In this document: positions 1-10,039 of the stretch, piece by piece
How positions within the stretch are numbered: the first letter of the stretch is position 1
How the letters are laid out: each line of letters starts with the position of its first letter
Origin: Promethearchaeota archaeon
GTDB lineage: Archaea > Asgardarchaeota > Lokiarchaeia > Sigyniarchaeales > SOKP01
Assembly (NCBI GenBank): GCA_019058245.1
Contig: JAHPZJ010000020.1
Location: forward strand, 9,986 to 73,985
DNA length: 64,000 nucleotides
Direction of reading: 5' to 3'
The notes under the pieces: model-generated
What the model was told of the DNA's origin: nothing
Seen by the model: only the letters and a program-made list of their open reading frames with translations
The model's database searches: none
Made by a program: the position numbers and the translations under genes

Positions 1-1
1 T

Positions 2-196
2 ATAACGAAAAAAGATGTTGAAGAGGTGAAAGATATCTTTACCAAAACAAATGCTTTGATGATCGCTGACCACCTAGCAAAGAATTTGGGTGAACAAGCT
101 AGAAGTCAATTAAAGAACATATACCCTGATTTAAATAAAGCACAGAAGGTGTTTTTTAATATATTCTCTGATTTTGTTTATTTAAGAGAATTTTAA
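2..196 (+). CDS. 3' end of a CDS cut by the window edge; the last ~64 aa weakly resemble the C-terminus of a trans-polyprenyl diphosphate synthase
   Basis: The frame is open from nt 2 to TAA at 194-196 (ITKKDVEEVKDIF...NLGEQARSQLKNIYPDLNKAQKVFFNIFSDFVYLREF). The helical C-terminal pattern is typical of polyprenyl synthases. The diagnostic DDxxD motifs would lie outside the window. Confidence 0.35.
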   Translation: MTKKDVEEVKDIFTKTNALMIADHLAKNLGEQARSQLKNIYPDLNKAQKVFFNIFSDFVYLREF

Positions 197-213
197 ATTT
201 ACAATACCAATAA

Positions 214-810
214 TCACACAACTACACAGGAAACATGTCGTTTTTTCAACATTAGATTATTCAAATTTTTAAAAACCTCTAAAACATTATAATTCTTTAA
301 AGCTGAAGTTCTTTTAAAACCATTAAGATTTTTGTTTTTTAAAAACTCGAATATTAATTTATTACTCACGATTTCTGAATCTGGAATACTATTAATTAAA
401 TCACTTTTACTTCCGACAAGAATTATAGGAATATTCTTATTAACTGCATTTTCAATTATTATATTATACCAAAACTCTAATTGATTAAATGAGCTATAAT
501 TAACTGAATCAAATACTAATAATGCTCCATTAGCTCCCTCTATAAATTTAGGGATTAATGGTGCAAATCTTTCTTGACCCCCAAAATCAAAGATTGAATT
601 TACAATATAATTTTCTTTTAATGTATCTGGATTTTTTTTTAGATTAACTTTTAGATAAACTGAATGAAAATTAATTCCGATTGTAGGTGAGGTATCAAAA
701 TTAAATGAATTGAAACAATAGCGATTAAATAAACTAGTTTTACCAACTGAACTAGCTCCACATATTACTGTTTTAAAGTTATATAATACGTCTCCCTGAA
801 TATAGCTCAT
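214..810 (-). CDS. Rab/Ras-like small GTPase with a C-terminal CaaX-like box (CVVV)
   Basis: G1 GASSVGKTS, G2 PTIG, G3 DFGGQE, G4 SKSD (variant of NKxD) and G5 TSALK are present. The 198-aa protein ends in HVSCVVV-stop. Confidence 0.85.
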   Translation of the reverse strand: MSYIQGDVLYNFKTVICGASSVGKTSLFNRYCFNSFNFDTSPTIGINFHSVYLKVNLKKNPDTLKENYIVNSIFDFGGQERFAPLIPKFIEGANGALLVFDSVNYSSFNQLEFWYNIIIENAVNKNIPIILVGSKSDLINSIPDSEIVSNKLIFEFLKNKNLNGFKRTSALKNYNVLEVFKNLNNLMLKKRHVSCVVV

Positions 811-1083
811 TGATTTTCATTCTCATTATTATTTAGATAGTAATTTCTTCCTATGATTTTTATTAAAGAAATATTAGTTGAAATGAATTAGATGAAAAAA
901 TTGTAAGAAGTTTAAATATTTTGCCTGAATTGCTTTTAATATTTAACCTTTTTAATACTATTAGATTTCATATAATTTAACATTGTTATTTTATAATAAT
1001 AACATCTAAAAATTTCTTTTCCTTTAATATAATAGTAATTAGGATTGAAAAAATTATACAATAATAAATTTTAATGAATTTTT

Positions 1084-1992
1084 ATGACTATTAAAATACC
1101 TGCTGATCACATTGTAATTAGACCTCCAGTAGAAGCCTATTCCGTATTAATACCAGTAACAGGTGGGTGTTCATGGAATAAATGTAGATTTTGTGGGACT
1201 TATAAAGGTGTTTATGGAGTTACTCAAGATTATTCAATACGATCTTTAGAAGATGTCAAAAAAGATATCGATAACTTTGCTAAAACTAATTATCATGGTT
1301 TTCCTGTATTTTTGGCTGGAGGAAATCCTACATCTGCTCCAACAGAATATTTAGTTGAAATTATTAAATATGTTAGAGTAAAACTAAAAAATGTTCCTCG
1401 AATCAGTTGTTATGCTAAAGCGTTGGATATTCTAAGAAAGACGGATGAAGAATTAAAATCATTGGCAAATGCTGGATTAAATATTGTCTATATGGGATTA
1501 GAAAGTGGTTCAAATACTATATTAAGAATTATGAAAAAAGGAACTAATGCGGAATCATTTATTAAAGCAGGGAAAAGAATTTTAAAAGCAGGAATTAAAT
1601 TATCATTATATATTATTTTAGGATTAGGAAGTTATAAGTATTCAGAAGAACATGTAAAAGAAACAGCCAGAATATTAACTGAAATAAATCCAACCATTTT
1701 TAGATTCCGAACCTTAAATATTTTACAAGGTACTCCTCTTTGGGATGAATGGAACTCCGGACAGTTTCAATTATTAAATCCTATAGAAAATTTAAAAGAA
1801 GAAAGGGAAATAATTGCTAATTTAGGTGAAAATGTCACTTCTCAAGTCTTTAACGACCATATTTCAAATTATTGCGCAATTGAATCTGCCAATATTAAAG
1901 AAGATAAAGAAATATTCCTCAAGACTTTAGATGCATATATAAATGACCCAAAAATTCAGAATTTGCCGAGAAAAAATTTACAACGTATGTAA
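1084..1992 (+). CDS. Radical SAM domain protein
   Basis: A Cys triad GGCSWNKCRFCG sits near the N-terminus, with a downstream GGNP and a YMGLESGS (Elp3-like TIM barrel) pattern. The cluster spacing is Cx4Cx2C rather than Cx3Cx2C. Confidence 0.75.
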   Translation: MTIKIPADHIVIRPPVEAYSVLIPVTGGCSWNKCRFCGTYKGVYGVTQDYSIRSLEDVKKDIDNFAKTNYHGFPVFLAGGNPTSAPTEYLVEIIKYVRVKLKNVPRISCYAKALDILRKTDEELKSLANAGLNIVYMGLESGSNTILRIMKKGTNAESFIKAGKRILKAGIKLSLYIILGLGSYKYSEEHVKETARILTEINPTIFRFRTLNILQGTPLWDEWNSGQFQLLNPIENLKEEREIIANLGENVTSQVFNDHISNYCAIESANIKEDKEIFLKTLDAYINDPKIQNLPRKNLQRM

Positions 1993-2016
1993 GGATTGAA
2001 ACAAAATAAGGTTCAC

Positions 2017-3078
2017 TTATAAATCAACTAACATTTCTATTCTTTTAATGTATTTACTATAGTCTGATATTGCACCTAATACATAATTATAAATTTTATA
2101 AATCTGAGCATACCCATTCACATTTTCTAATTTAGATTTATTTTTTTCCAAATCCAATTTTATCTTTTCTAATGTTTTTATCCATTTTGTCATTCTAAAG
2201 ATAATATACCTTGCAAATCTAAGTAAAATTAATGAATCAGCACAATATGTAATTTTACCTTTATCTGAAGTATGCGCGTTATAAATAAGTTCATTCTCCA
2301 AGAGGTAATTTACTTCTTCAGATATCTTCCCTACTGATAGTCCTGTAGAATCCTTCAGAGTTTCTTGAGTGAGATATTTCCTAGTCATAAAATACCCTAA
2401 AATTTTTATAAACATAGGATCTCGGGAAGAAAACATTGGTGAACCCACAAGTTCATTGATAATATCATCTTCAATTACATAGACTTCAGAATCATATTTT
2501 ATCTCTATGACTTCTACTTTTTCATTTTTTAACCGCTCAAATGACTTTGAAGAATACTTGTTTTGAATCTTTTCAACCAAGATATCATTAGAATTAAAAA
2601 TCTTTTTATAGATTTCAAAACTATCGATTAATTCTTCAATTCTTAATGAAAGTTGTGTCGCTCCTCTTTTCGATTGTTTAATTAGCTCCTGTAACTCTTT
2701 TTTTTTATTTTTTAAGAATTTTTCCAATAAACCTATATTTTTTATTGCAAAATCAATCGCTTCAGTTGTAAGAACATTAAGCTCACCAGAAAAAGAATAC
2801 TCAAATGTATGAGTACCTTCAATACGTTGTTTTATAAAATATCCTGTACTAGCCATAACTGATAAATATGTCGAAATTGTTCCCATTGAAAATCCTGTCA
2901 GTTCTTTTAACTCTTTTTGAGTTAACTTCTCATGAATAAACAAATAACAAGCAATAGTTGCTACTTTAGGGTTTACTCTTTTGCTGCTACTAATATTTAA
3001 AATAATTTCTACAAGTTTTTCTTCATATTTATATAGGTCATCCTCAAAAAGATGACTTTTTTCCTCTTCTTCGTTCAT
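2017..3078 (-). CDS. Putative transcriptional regulator with two winged-helix (MarR/TrmB-like) modules separated by a coiled coil
   Basis: Two HTH-like segments are present: LTQKELKELTGFSMGTISTYLSVMASTGYF and LTQETLKDSTGLSVGKISEEVNYLLENELIY. No enzyme motifs were seen. Confidence 0.5.
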   Translation of the reverse strand: MNEEEEKSHLFEDDLYKYEEKLVEIILNISSSKRVNPKVATIACYLFIHEKLTQKELKELTGFSMGTISTYLSVMASTGYFIKQRIEGTHTFEYSFSGELNVLTTEAIDFAIKNIGLLEKFLKNKKKELQELIKQSKRGATQLSLRIEELIDSFEIYKKIFNSNDILVEKIQNKYSSKSFERLKNEKVEVIEIKYDSEVYVIEDDIINELVGSPMFSSRDPMFIKILGYFMTRKYLTQETLKDSTGLSVGKISEEVNYLLENELIYNAHTSDKGKITYCADSLILLRFARYIIFRMTKWIKTLEKIKLDLEKNKSKLENVNGYAQIYKIYNYVLGAISDYSKYIKRIEMLVDL

Positions 3079-3752
3079 ATATTAATTCATATAATTGAAT
3101 TTGTTTTATTTTAGTTTTAATATCAAATTGATAATAAAATATAGTTAAAGGTTTGTTAAAAAATAATTATTTATTATATCTTGATTAATATATATCTTTA
3201 CATATTTTTATACTTTTTTATAAATTTCAAAGAATATGAAACCAGAAAATCCACTTAATTTAACCTTTTTTAAGTGAAATTAATTTTTTGATATAATAAT
3301 AAAATAAAAGACATTTGGATTTTTCATTCTATGGAGCAGCACTATATTTTTAAAATATTATTGGAGAACCTAGATTTTATACAATCTCGTGTTAATTGAG
3401 CAACCAGAGAACTATGACAATTATAATGATCTAAATGGACTGATTGGCGCTTCAATAACCTGCTGGGATTTAATTAATCTCCAAGTAAAAGCTTCATATG
3501 GGCATTATAACGATGATTGGGTATACATATGGTTATAATAACCTTTTTTTTTAAATAAAAGATATTAAATTAAGTTTCGAAATTTGTGAAAACATTTAAA
3601 TAGTTTAGTTTTTCTATATATATTAGCATTCTTAAAATTTGAAAAAACTGAATACAAAATCTTAAATTTTAGGTATGTCTAATTTAACAATATATATAAG
3701 AAAAATTTATCAATATTTTAATCAAATGAATAATAATTAGGAGTAAATAATT

Positions 3753-4667
3753 ATGTCTAAAGAAATAGTTATTCAAACCCGGAATTTAACAAAATATTAT
3801 GGGAAATCACGTGGTATTGAACAATTAAATCTTGAAATATTTAAAGGAGAAATATTTGGTCTTCTTGGACCTAATGGTGCGGGTAAAACAACAACCTGTA
3901 GACTCCTTCTTGATTTAATTCGAAAGACCTCAGGTGAAGCAAAAGTTTTTGGTCTTGATACTCACTCTCATTCGATTGAAATCCGTCAACGTTCTGCTTA
4001 CCTACCTGGTGAATTAGGTTTGTTTCAAGAAAAAACTGCTAGGAGAAACCTCCAATATCTTCTTGGACTTTATGAAAATCATATTCCAATTAGACGAATT
4101 GAGGAACTAGCAGAAATATTTGGATTAAACCTTGACAGAAAAGTTAAAGAACTCAGTAAGGGGAATAAACAAAAAGTTGGGATAATTTTAGCATTAGCCC
4201 CTAACGTAGATCTTCTCATCTTAGATGAACCTACATCTGGACTAGATCCTCTAATTACAGCTGAATTCTATAAAATCCTTTATAAACAGCAAGAAGAGAC
4301 ACATTCAACTGTATTACTTAGTTCACACTTACTTAATGAAGTTGAAAAAGTAGCTCATCGTGTTGGTATCATAAGAGAAGGATCAATAGTGGAGGTAGCG
4401 ACAATAAAGCAACTTAAACGTATGGCAATGAAAGAGATAAAGGTTGAATTTGCCTCTAAAGTAGAATTACAGAATTTTAATGATAAAATATCTTCAAAAT
4501 TAATGAAACCTCCAATTATAGATGAAAATCACACTTCAATTATGATAAATCGTGAAGAATTAAAAAATATATTAAACCTACTTTCAAAATTTGAAATCTT
4601 TGATATTGAAATTACCAGCCCTGCCCTGGAGGATATATTTTTAAAATATTATGAGGTGGCATCATAA
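3753..4667 (+). CDS. ABC transporter ATP-binding protein
   Basis: Walker A GPNGAGKTT, ABC signature LSKGNKQKV and Walker B LLILDEPTSGLD are present. The stop codon abuts the ATG of the next gene. Confidence 0.9.
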   Translation: MSKEIVIQTRNLTKYYGKSRGIEQLNLEIFKGEIFGLLGPNGAGKTTTCRLLLDLIRKTSGEAKVFGLDTHSHSIEIRQRSAYLPGELGLFQEKTARRNLQYLLGLYENHIPIRRIEELAEIFGLNLDRKVKELSKGNKQKVGIILALAPNVDLLILDEPTSGLDPLITAEFYKILYKQQEETHSTVLLSSHLLNEVEKVAHRVGIIREGSIVEVATIKQLKRMAMKEIKVEFASKVELQNFNDKISSKLMKPPIIDENHTSIMINREELKNILNLLSKFEIFDIEITSPALEDIFLKYYEVAS

Positions 4668-5489
4668 ATGAAACGATTTTTTAGCACTATTAAGGAGTTA
4701 ATATTAGAAAAAAAATTTATGATTCTAATATTAGGTGGAGTAATTGGGTTATTAAGCTTTTATATAATAGTAATTATAGGTGATATGAATATTCAGGAAT
4801 TGCAAGAAATATTCAGCGCATTTCCTGAAGGATTTTTGGAATTTTTTGGAGATTTGGAGGTTTTAGCTAACCCTTATGGATTTTGGTCATTGGAAATGTT
4901 GAGTTTCATTTGGTTATATGCAGGGATATATCTAATTTTTTTGGCTAGTTCTCTCTTATCTCATGATGTTGAAGACAAATCGATCGATCTTTCACTCTCT
5001 AAGCCAATTTCTCGGTATAATTACCTTGGGAGTAAGATTGCATTCCTTTATATATTTATTATCTCAACAATTGGCATTTTCTTTTTAATAACGATAGGAA
5101 GTGTTGTTGCTTCTCCAGTATTCAGAACAGAAGGAATCTATCTTGAAAGATTTTTTGCAACCTTTTTTTCTGTTGTTCTCTTTCTCGGAGTGCTAGCAAT
5201 GGTATCTAAATTTATATCGACAATTTTCTTAAGTACCAAAAAGTCATTAGCACTAGGTATAATGGTCTTATTTATAATGTATTTTCTCGGTGAATTTTAT
5301 GTGTATATGGATGAAGCAATACAGGACATAAAATATATTTCAATATTCTATTACTTTAATCCTACTGATTATATGGTAATGGCAGACGCTTCTATATTTA
5401 CTAGAGATATTGTGATATTAGGGGTAATCAATATTATTCTTATTGTAGGTAGTCTACTTATTTTTAACAGGAAAGATATCCCAAATTAA
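4668..5489 (+). CDS. ABC-2 type transporter permease
   Basis: The protein has about 6 hydrophobic helices. It appears translationally coupled to the upstream ABC ATPase (TAAATG junction). Confidence 0.7.
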   Translation: MKRFFSTIKELILEKKFMILILGGVIGLLSFYIIVIIGDMNIQELQEIFSAFPEGFLEFFGDLEVLANPYGFWSLEMLSFIWLYAGIYLIFLASSLLSHDVEDKSIDLSLSKPISRYNYLGSKIAFLYIFIISTIGIFFLITIGSVVASPVFRTEGIYLERFFATFFSVVLFLGVLAMVSKFISTIFLSTKKSLALGIMVLFIMYFLGEFYVYMDEAIQDIKYISIFYYFNPTDYMVMADASIFTRDIVILGVINIILIVGSLLIFNRKDIPN

Positions 5490-5497
5490 TTTCTATA

Positions 5498-5507
5498 TTT
5501 TTTTTTT
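5498..5507 (+). terminator. Oligo-T tract (T10), candidate archaeal terminator after the ABC operon
   Basis: A run of 10 T begins 9 nt after the permease stop codon. Oligo-T is the established archaeal termination signal. Confidence 0.45.
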
Positions 5508-5595
5508 GGATCTTCTTAAAGTTTTATTATACCTTTCTATCTAGAGAATCTCATCAAAATAACTTAAATAAAAACTTTTACTTTATTATAACCAT

Positions 5596-5766
5596 TTAAT
5601 TTCTGAAGCTCTTCTCCATTCCCCTCAAAATTTCTTTTAATTTCAAGAAATTGTATTCATTCGTACCACAAAATTCTTTTTCTCGATATTTATGGATACT
5701 AAGAAATAATTTATCTTTAGTTTTGGCGTGATAATCTTTCTCTATGCAATTGGTCAATTCTGGCAT
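5596..5766 (-). CDS. Possible small protein (56 aa), hypothetical
   Basis: I translated an ATG-to-TAA ORF by hand (MPELTNCIEKDYHAKTKDKLFLSIHKYREKEFCGTNEYNFLKLKEILRGMEKSFRN). It lies in an otherwise empty 620-nt gap and is below the length cut-off of the ORF track. Confidence 0.25.
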   Translation of the reverse strand: MPELTNCIEKDYHAKTKDKLFLSIHKYREKEFCGTNEYNFLKLKEILRGMEKSFRN

Positions 5767-6113
5767 AGTTTTGGAGAGAGTGTGGAAAGTATAAAATACA
5801 TATTTTTTTTTATTACTCTGATATTTTAAATCTACTTATAAATAGTAATTGGGATGTTGTTCGATTAAAATTATATTTCTCTCAAATTATTCTGTTGGAT
5901 TAACTATTTTATCGGTAATTCTTTTTAAAAAAAGGGATATCCCTGTATAATAATCCTAAATTATCTTTTTTTCTTTTTTTATTTGTTCGAAATTAATCGT
6001 TCAATACGAAAAATTTAAAAGTTCGAATATCCTTTATATTAAAATTTATATATGTTACAATAAGAATATAATCAACTCAAGATTATATTAGATCTTTAAC
6101 GAGGTTAATAAAA

Positions 6114-7586
6114 ATGTCAAATTTCAGAGAAAAAATTCACTCGAAAGAACTTATCGCAACATTTGATGACGTATTAGTGCTTCCGGGTTTCACTGACTTT
6201 TCTCCAAGTGAAGTAGATATTTCCTCCAGTTTAGGGCCATACCATCTAAATCTTCCTATCATGTCATCTGCTATGGATACAGTAACAGAAGAATTAATGG
6301 CAATTAACATGGCTTTACATGGAGGTTTAGGAGTCATACATCGCAATTGTTCTTATGAAAGACAATTAGAAATGGTTAGAATTGTGAAACGTGCTCGATC
6401 ATTTGTGATTGATGATGAACACGTAGCAACTATTAATCCTAGTGCTAGAGTTGCTAAGGCAAAATTTATGATGGAAAACTATAATATTAGTGGTATTGTG
6501 GTGGTAAATGAAGATAAAAAAGTATGTGGTATTATTACAAAGCGTGACATTCCCTTTTTTGAACAAGATATAAAAAATGGAGCAGTAAAAGACTATATGA
6601 CAAAAGACGTAATTTCTATCAAACCAGGTGCCTCAAGGGAAGAAGCATTGAAAATTTTATATGAATCACGCAAGGAAAAATTACCTATTATTGACAATGA
6701 TGGTTATCTAAAAGGCTTAATCACAAAAAAAGATCTTGCACCAGAATTTCCATTCGCAACTAAAGATGAAGAAGGTCATTTATTATGCGCATTAGCAATC
6801 TCTCCTAAATTTCCTGAATCATCACAAGCTCAGAATATATTAAAAGAGATTGAAAAATATGTTGATATTTTCTTTATTGATGTAGCTGATTTTTATAAGA
6901 AGGACGATATTGTGGGTACATCAAAACTTATGAAATTCTTAGAATCTAATTTTGTCTTAGGGAATATTGGAACGTATCAAGCAGCTGAATATATCATTTC
7001 CAAATGTGATTTTGTTGAAGAGCAATTTATTGGATTAAAGGTGGGAATGGGTTCTGGATCGATATGTACAACCTCGATTCAAACAGGAGTAGGATCTCCA
7101 ACTCTATTTGCAACGGCTCAAGTTGCTGATGCAATATCAGATCATAATCCAAAATTATCTTTGATTGCAGATGGAGGGTTTAGTAAACCAGGAGATTTAC
7201 CAAAATCGTTTGCCGCTGGTGCTGATTTAATAATGTCTGGGCATTTCTTTGCAGGTACTGATGAATCTCCAGGCTTTATTGATACTATAGCAGGAAGAAA
7301 AGTAAAAGTGTATCGAGGTATGGGCAGTAAAGAAGCAAGAACATTTGGTTATGTCTCAGATCGTTACACTGAAGGATCAAAAGTCTTAACTGAGGGTGTT
7401 TCTAATTATGTACCTTATGTAGGAGATGTAGCGGGAGTTTTGGCCACTTTAAAAGAAGGACTTTCGAATGGAATGATTTATGCAGGATCAAAAACTATTA
7501 AAGATATGAAACAAGCTCAATTGGGTATAGTTTCTATTGTTGGACAAAGAGAAACCCAACCTCATGATCTTATTGGAAAATTTTAA
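6114..7586 (+). CDS. guaB: IMP dehydrogenase with CBS pair
   Basis: N-terminal FDDVLVLPG, an internal CBS pair, the catalytic loop GMGSGSICTT and the C-terminal YRGMGS are all present. Confidence 0.9.
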   Translation: MSNFREKIHSKELIATFDDVLVLPGFTDFSPSEVDISSSLGPYHLNLPIMSSAMDTVTEELMAINMALHGGLGVIHRNCSYERQLEMVRIVKRARSFVIDDEHVATINPSARVAKAKFMMENYNISGIVVVNEDKKVCGIITKRDIPFFEQDIKNGAVKDYMTKDVISIKPGASREEALKILYESRKEKLPIIDNDGYLKGLITKKDLAPEFPFATKDEEGHLLCALAISPKFPESSQAQNILKEIEKYVDIFFIDVADFYKKDDIVGTSKLMKFLESNFVLGNIGTYQAAEYIISKCDFVEEQFIGLKVGMGSGSICTTSIQTGVGSPTLFATAQVADAISDHNPKLSLIADGGFSKPGDLPKSFAAGADLIMSGHFFAGTDESPGFIDTIAGRKVKVYRGMGSKEARTFGYVSDRYTEGSKVLTEGVSNYVPYVGDVAGVLATLKEGLSNGMIYAGSKTIKDMKQAQLGIVSIVGQRETQPHDLIGKF

Positions 7587-7765
7587 ATTCTAAAATTACA
7601 AAAAGGGTCAATATAATTTATAGACTAACCATAAGGTGTTAAATCTTAAAGGATTAGACCAACTCTTACTTATTAAGGTTTAATTAATTAAGTTTTAACT
7701 ATAGTAAACTTTTCTTTATTACTAACATTTTTATATATAGAGAAAATAATTCAAAATGAATTTTT

Positions 7766-9370
7766 ATGAAAACGATAAAAAGAGCAATTATTAGCGTTTA
7801 TGATAAGAGTGGAATTATAGAATTCGCGAAAGTATTACAGAATGAATTTAGGATTGAAATATTATCAACTGGAGGTACCGGAAGCCTTTTAGAAAAGAAT
7901 GGAATTAAACATACTAAAATTTCTGAGTTTACTAATTCACCTGAAATGTTTGAGGGGAGAATTAAAACTTTACACCCTAAAATAGAAGGGGGAATATTAT
8001 TTCGAAGGGGTTTACAGAGTGATATTGATGATGCTGATAAATATAATATTAAACCAATTGATATGGTTGTGTGTAATTTATATCAATTCAAAGAAGCAAT
8101 TGAGAAACCAGGAATAGCTCTTGATGATGCTTTGGAACTAATAGATATTGGAGGACCAACGATGATTCGTTCGGCTGCAAAGAATTTTCCAGATGTTATA
8201 GTGATTCCAAGTCCAGAATATTATAATGAGATAATTGATGAACTTAGGAAAAATAAAGGTGCTATTACTGAAGGAACTCGAATAATTCTCGCACAAGATG
8301 TTTTCGCTATTATGGCTGACTATAATGCAGCTATTGCTAGTTATCTACAAAAAGTATATAATCCAAATGCTTTTTTCCCCCATACAATGATAAAAGTATA
8401 TGAAAAAGTACAAGATTGTAGATATGGTGAGAATTGGGATCAAAAAGCAGCTTATTACAAAGATACTCTTAGTACACATGGTCTTCACAATCTAAAACAA
8501 ATCAGTGGAAAAGAGATCTCTTTCAACAACTACTTAGACATTGATTCTTGTATGCAAATTCTCTTAGATTTTGGCACTGAAAATTACACAACGGCAATAT
8601 TAAAGCATACTAGTCCTAATGGTATAGCAATTGATAAAAATGACCAATTAATGTCAGTAAAAAAAGCATTTAGCACAGATCCTTTATCTGCTTTTGGAGG
8701 AATCTGGGGAATTAATAAAAAATTATCAAAGGAAGTTGCTGATTTCATAGTTAACAAAGAAAAAATATTTTTAGAAGTTATAATGGCTCCTTCTTTTGAG
8801 GATAAAGCCTTAGAAATATTAAAACAAAAAAAAAATATGATTATTATTGAATATGGAGATTTTCTTAGTAATAGAAACGATATATATAAAAATTTCGAAA
8901 TTAGAAGTGTATTAGGTGGAATTATTGCACAAGAATATGACAGTAAGCCTATTATTAAAGAATGGAATGTCGTAAGCAAGAAAAAGGTGACTGATATTGA
9001 AAAAGAAGCTTTAATTTTTGCTTATAAAGTTTCAAAATGGGCTAAGTCAAATTCAGCGTGCTTTGCTCAGATTCATGATGATGGCTTTTATACAATTGGA
9101 ATCGGTGCCGGACAACAAAGTCGAGTTCATGTAGTCAAATTGGCAATCCAGAAAGCCATTGAATTTGGTCATAAAGATAATTTGAAAAATTCTGTAATGG
9201 GGACAGATTCTTTCTTTCCATTTCCTGATGGCTTAGAGGTTGCTGTTGAAGCTGGAGCAACAGCAATTATAAATCCGGGGGGTTCCATTAGAGATGATGA
9301 AGTGATTGAGCGTGCAGACGAATTAAATTGTGCTTTGGTATTTTGTGGTAAAAGAGTCTTTCGTCACTAG
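7766..9370 (+). CDS. purH: Bifunctional AICAR formyltransferase / IMP cyclohydrolase
   Basis: The MGS-like N-terminus reads AIISVYDKSGIIEFAKVL...LSTGGTGSLL...GRIKTLHPKIEGGIL. The AICARFT C-terminus ends GGSIRDDEVI...FCGKRVFRH. Confidence 0.9.
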   Translation: MKTIKRAIISVYDKSGIIEFAKVLQNEFRIEILSTGGTGSLLEKNGIKHTKISEFTNSPEMFEGRIKTLHPKIEGGILFRRGLQSDIDDADKYNIKPIDMVVCNLYQFKEAIEKPGIALDDALELIDIGGPTMIRSAAKNFPDVIVIPSPEYYNEIIDELRKNKGAITEGTRIILAQDVFAIMADYNAAIASYLQKVYNPNAFFPHTMIKVYEKVQDCRYGENWDQKAAYYKDTLSTHGLHNLKQISGKEISFNNYLDIDSCMQILLDFGTENYTTAILKHTSPNGIAIDKNDQLMSVKKAFSTDPLSAFGGIWGINKKLSKEVADFIVNKEKIFLEVIMAPSFEDKALEILKQKKNMIIIEYGDFLSNRNDIYKNFEIRSVLGGIIAQEYDSKPIIKEWNVVSKKKVTDIEKEALIFAYKVSKWAKSNSACFAQIHDDGFYTIGIGAGQQSRVHVVKLAIQKAIEFGHKDNLKNSVMGTDSFFPFPDGLEVAVEAGATAIINPGGSIRDDEVIERADELNCALVFCGKRVFRH

Positions 9371-9739
9371 GAATTTAAATCATTACTATAATTACAAAGA
9401 AAGTGTAATTTATATTGCTATATAATTATCTAGATAATAATACACATCTTAATTAATGCATTTATTGTATATTAAAATTTCCATCACTTTAGCTCCTGAA
9501 TAAGGAGCCTATTATTTTCATTTACTATTAGGAACAGCCTACCAACATAATTTGAAAAAAAGGTGCTCCCCGTTATAATATGTTTCTGTTTAATATAGAA
9601 TTTGTTATAAAAAAAACTATATATATTAATGAAAACTAACTAAATATACTCAAGATTTTAAATTTAACTTTTTAAATGAATAATTTAAATGAGGAGAGTA
9701 TATCTTATCATATCTTTATAAGGCGGAGCTCTTTTAAAA

Positions 9740-10039
9740 ATGGATTTTTTTCATAGCAATCTTAAAGAAACACTTGATGCGATAAATAAATTAATAGATA
9801 ATAATATCAACATTGTAAATACTAAAAGAATTAGACGGTGTAACAACATTAAATCTTCAAACCGATCTAAGATCAATTTCATTTGGAGAGCTTTAAAATA
9901 TCTTGAAGAAGAAGGAATATTAACCCCAAATGGAATAACAAATCCTAAAACCTATAAAATAACGACTAATGAAAAGATTGATATTAATAAAATACTTTCC
10001 CAAATTGAGAAGAATAAAAAAAAATCTATCTTAGTTTAG
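9740..10039 (+). CDS. Hypothetical small basic protein, possibly winged-helix
   Basis: This is a 99-aa ORF with no recognisable motif. Its 3' end overlaps the convergent 908-aa gene by 9 nt. Confidence 0.4.
   Translation: MDFFHSNLKETLDAINKLIDNNINIVNTKRIRRCNNIKSSNRSKINFIWRALKYLEEEGILTPNGITNPKTYKITTNEKIDINKILSQIEKNKKKSILV

Noticed and set aside
8584-8979. 131-aa ORF on the minus strand
   Set aside because: It is antisense within purH, which has unambiguous motifs.
9491-9510. Short hairpin AGCTCCT-gaata-AGGAGCC downstream of purH
   Set aside because: It has only a 6-bp stem and no adjacent T tract, so it is too weak to call a terminator or RNA element.
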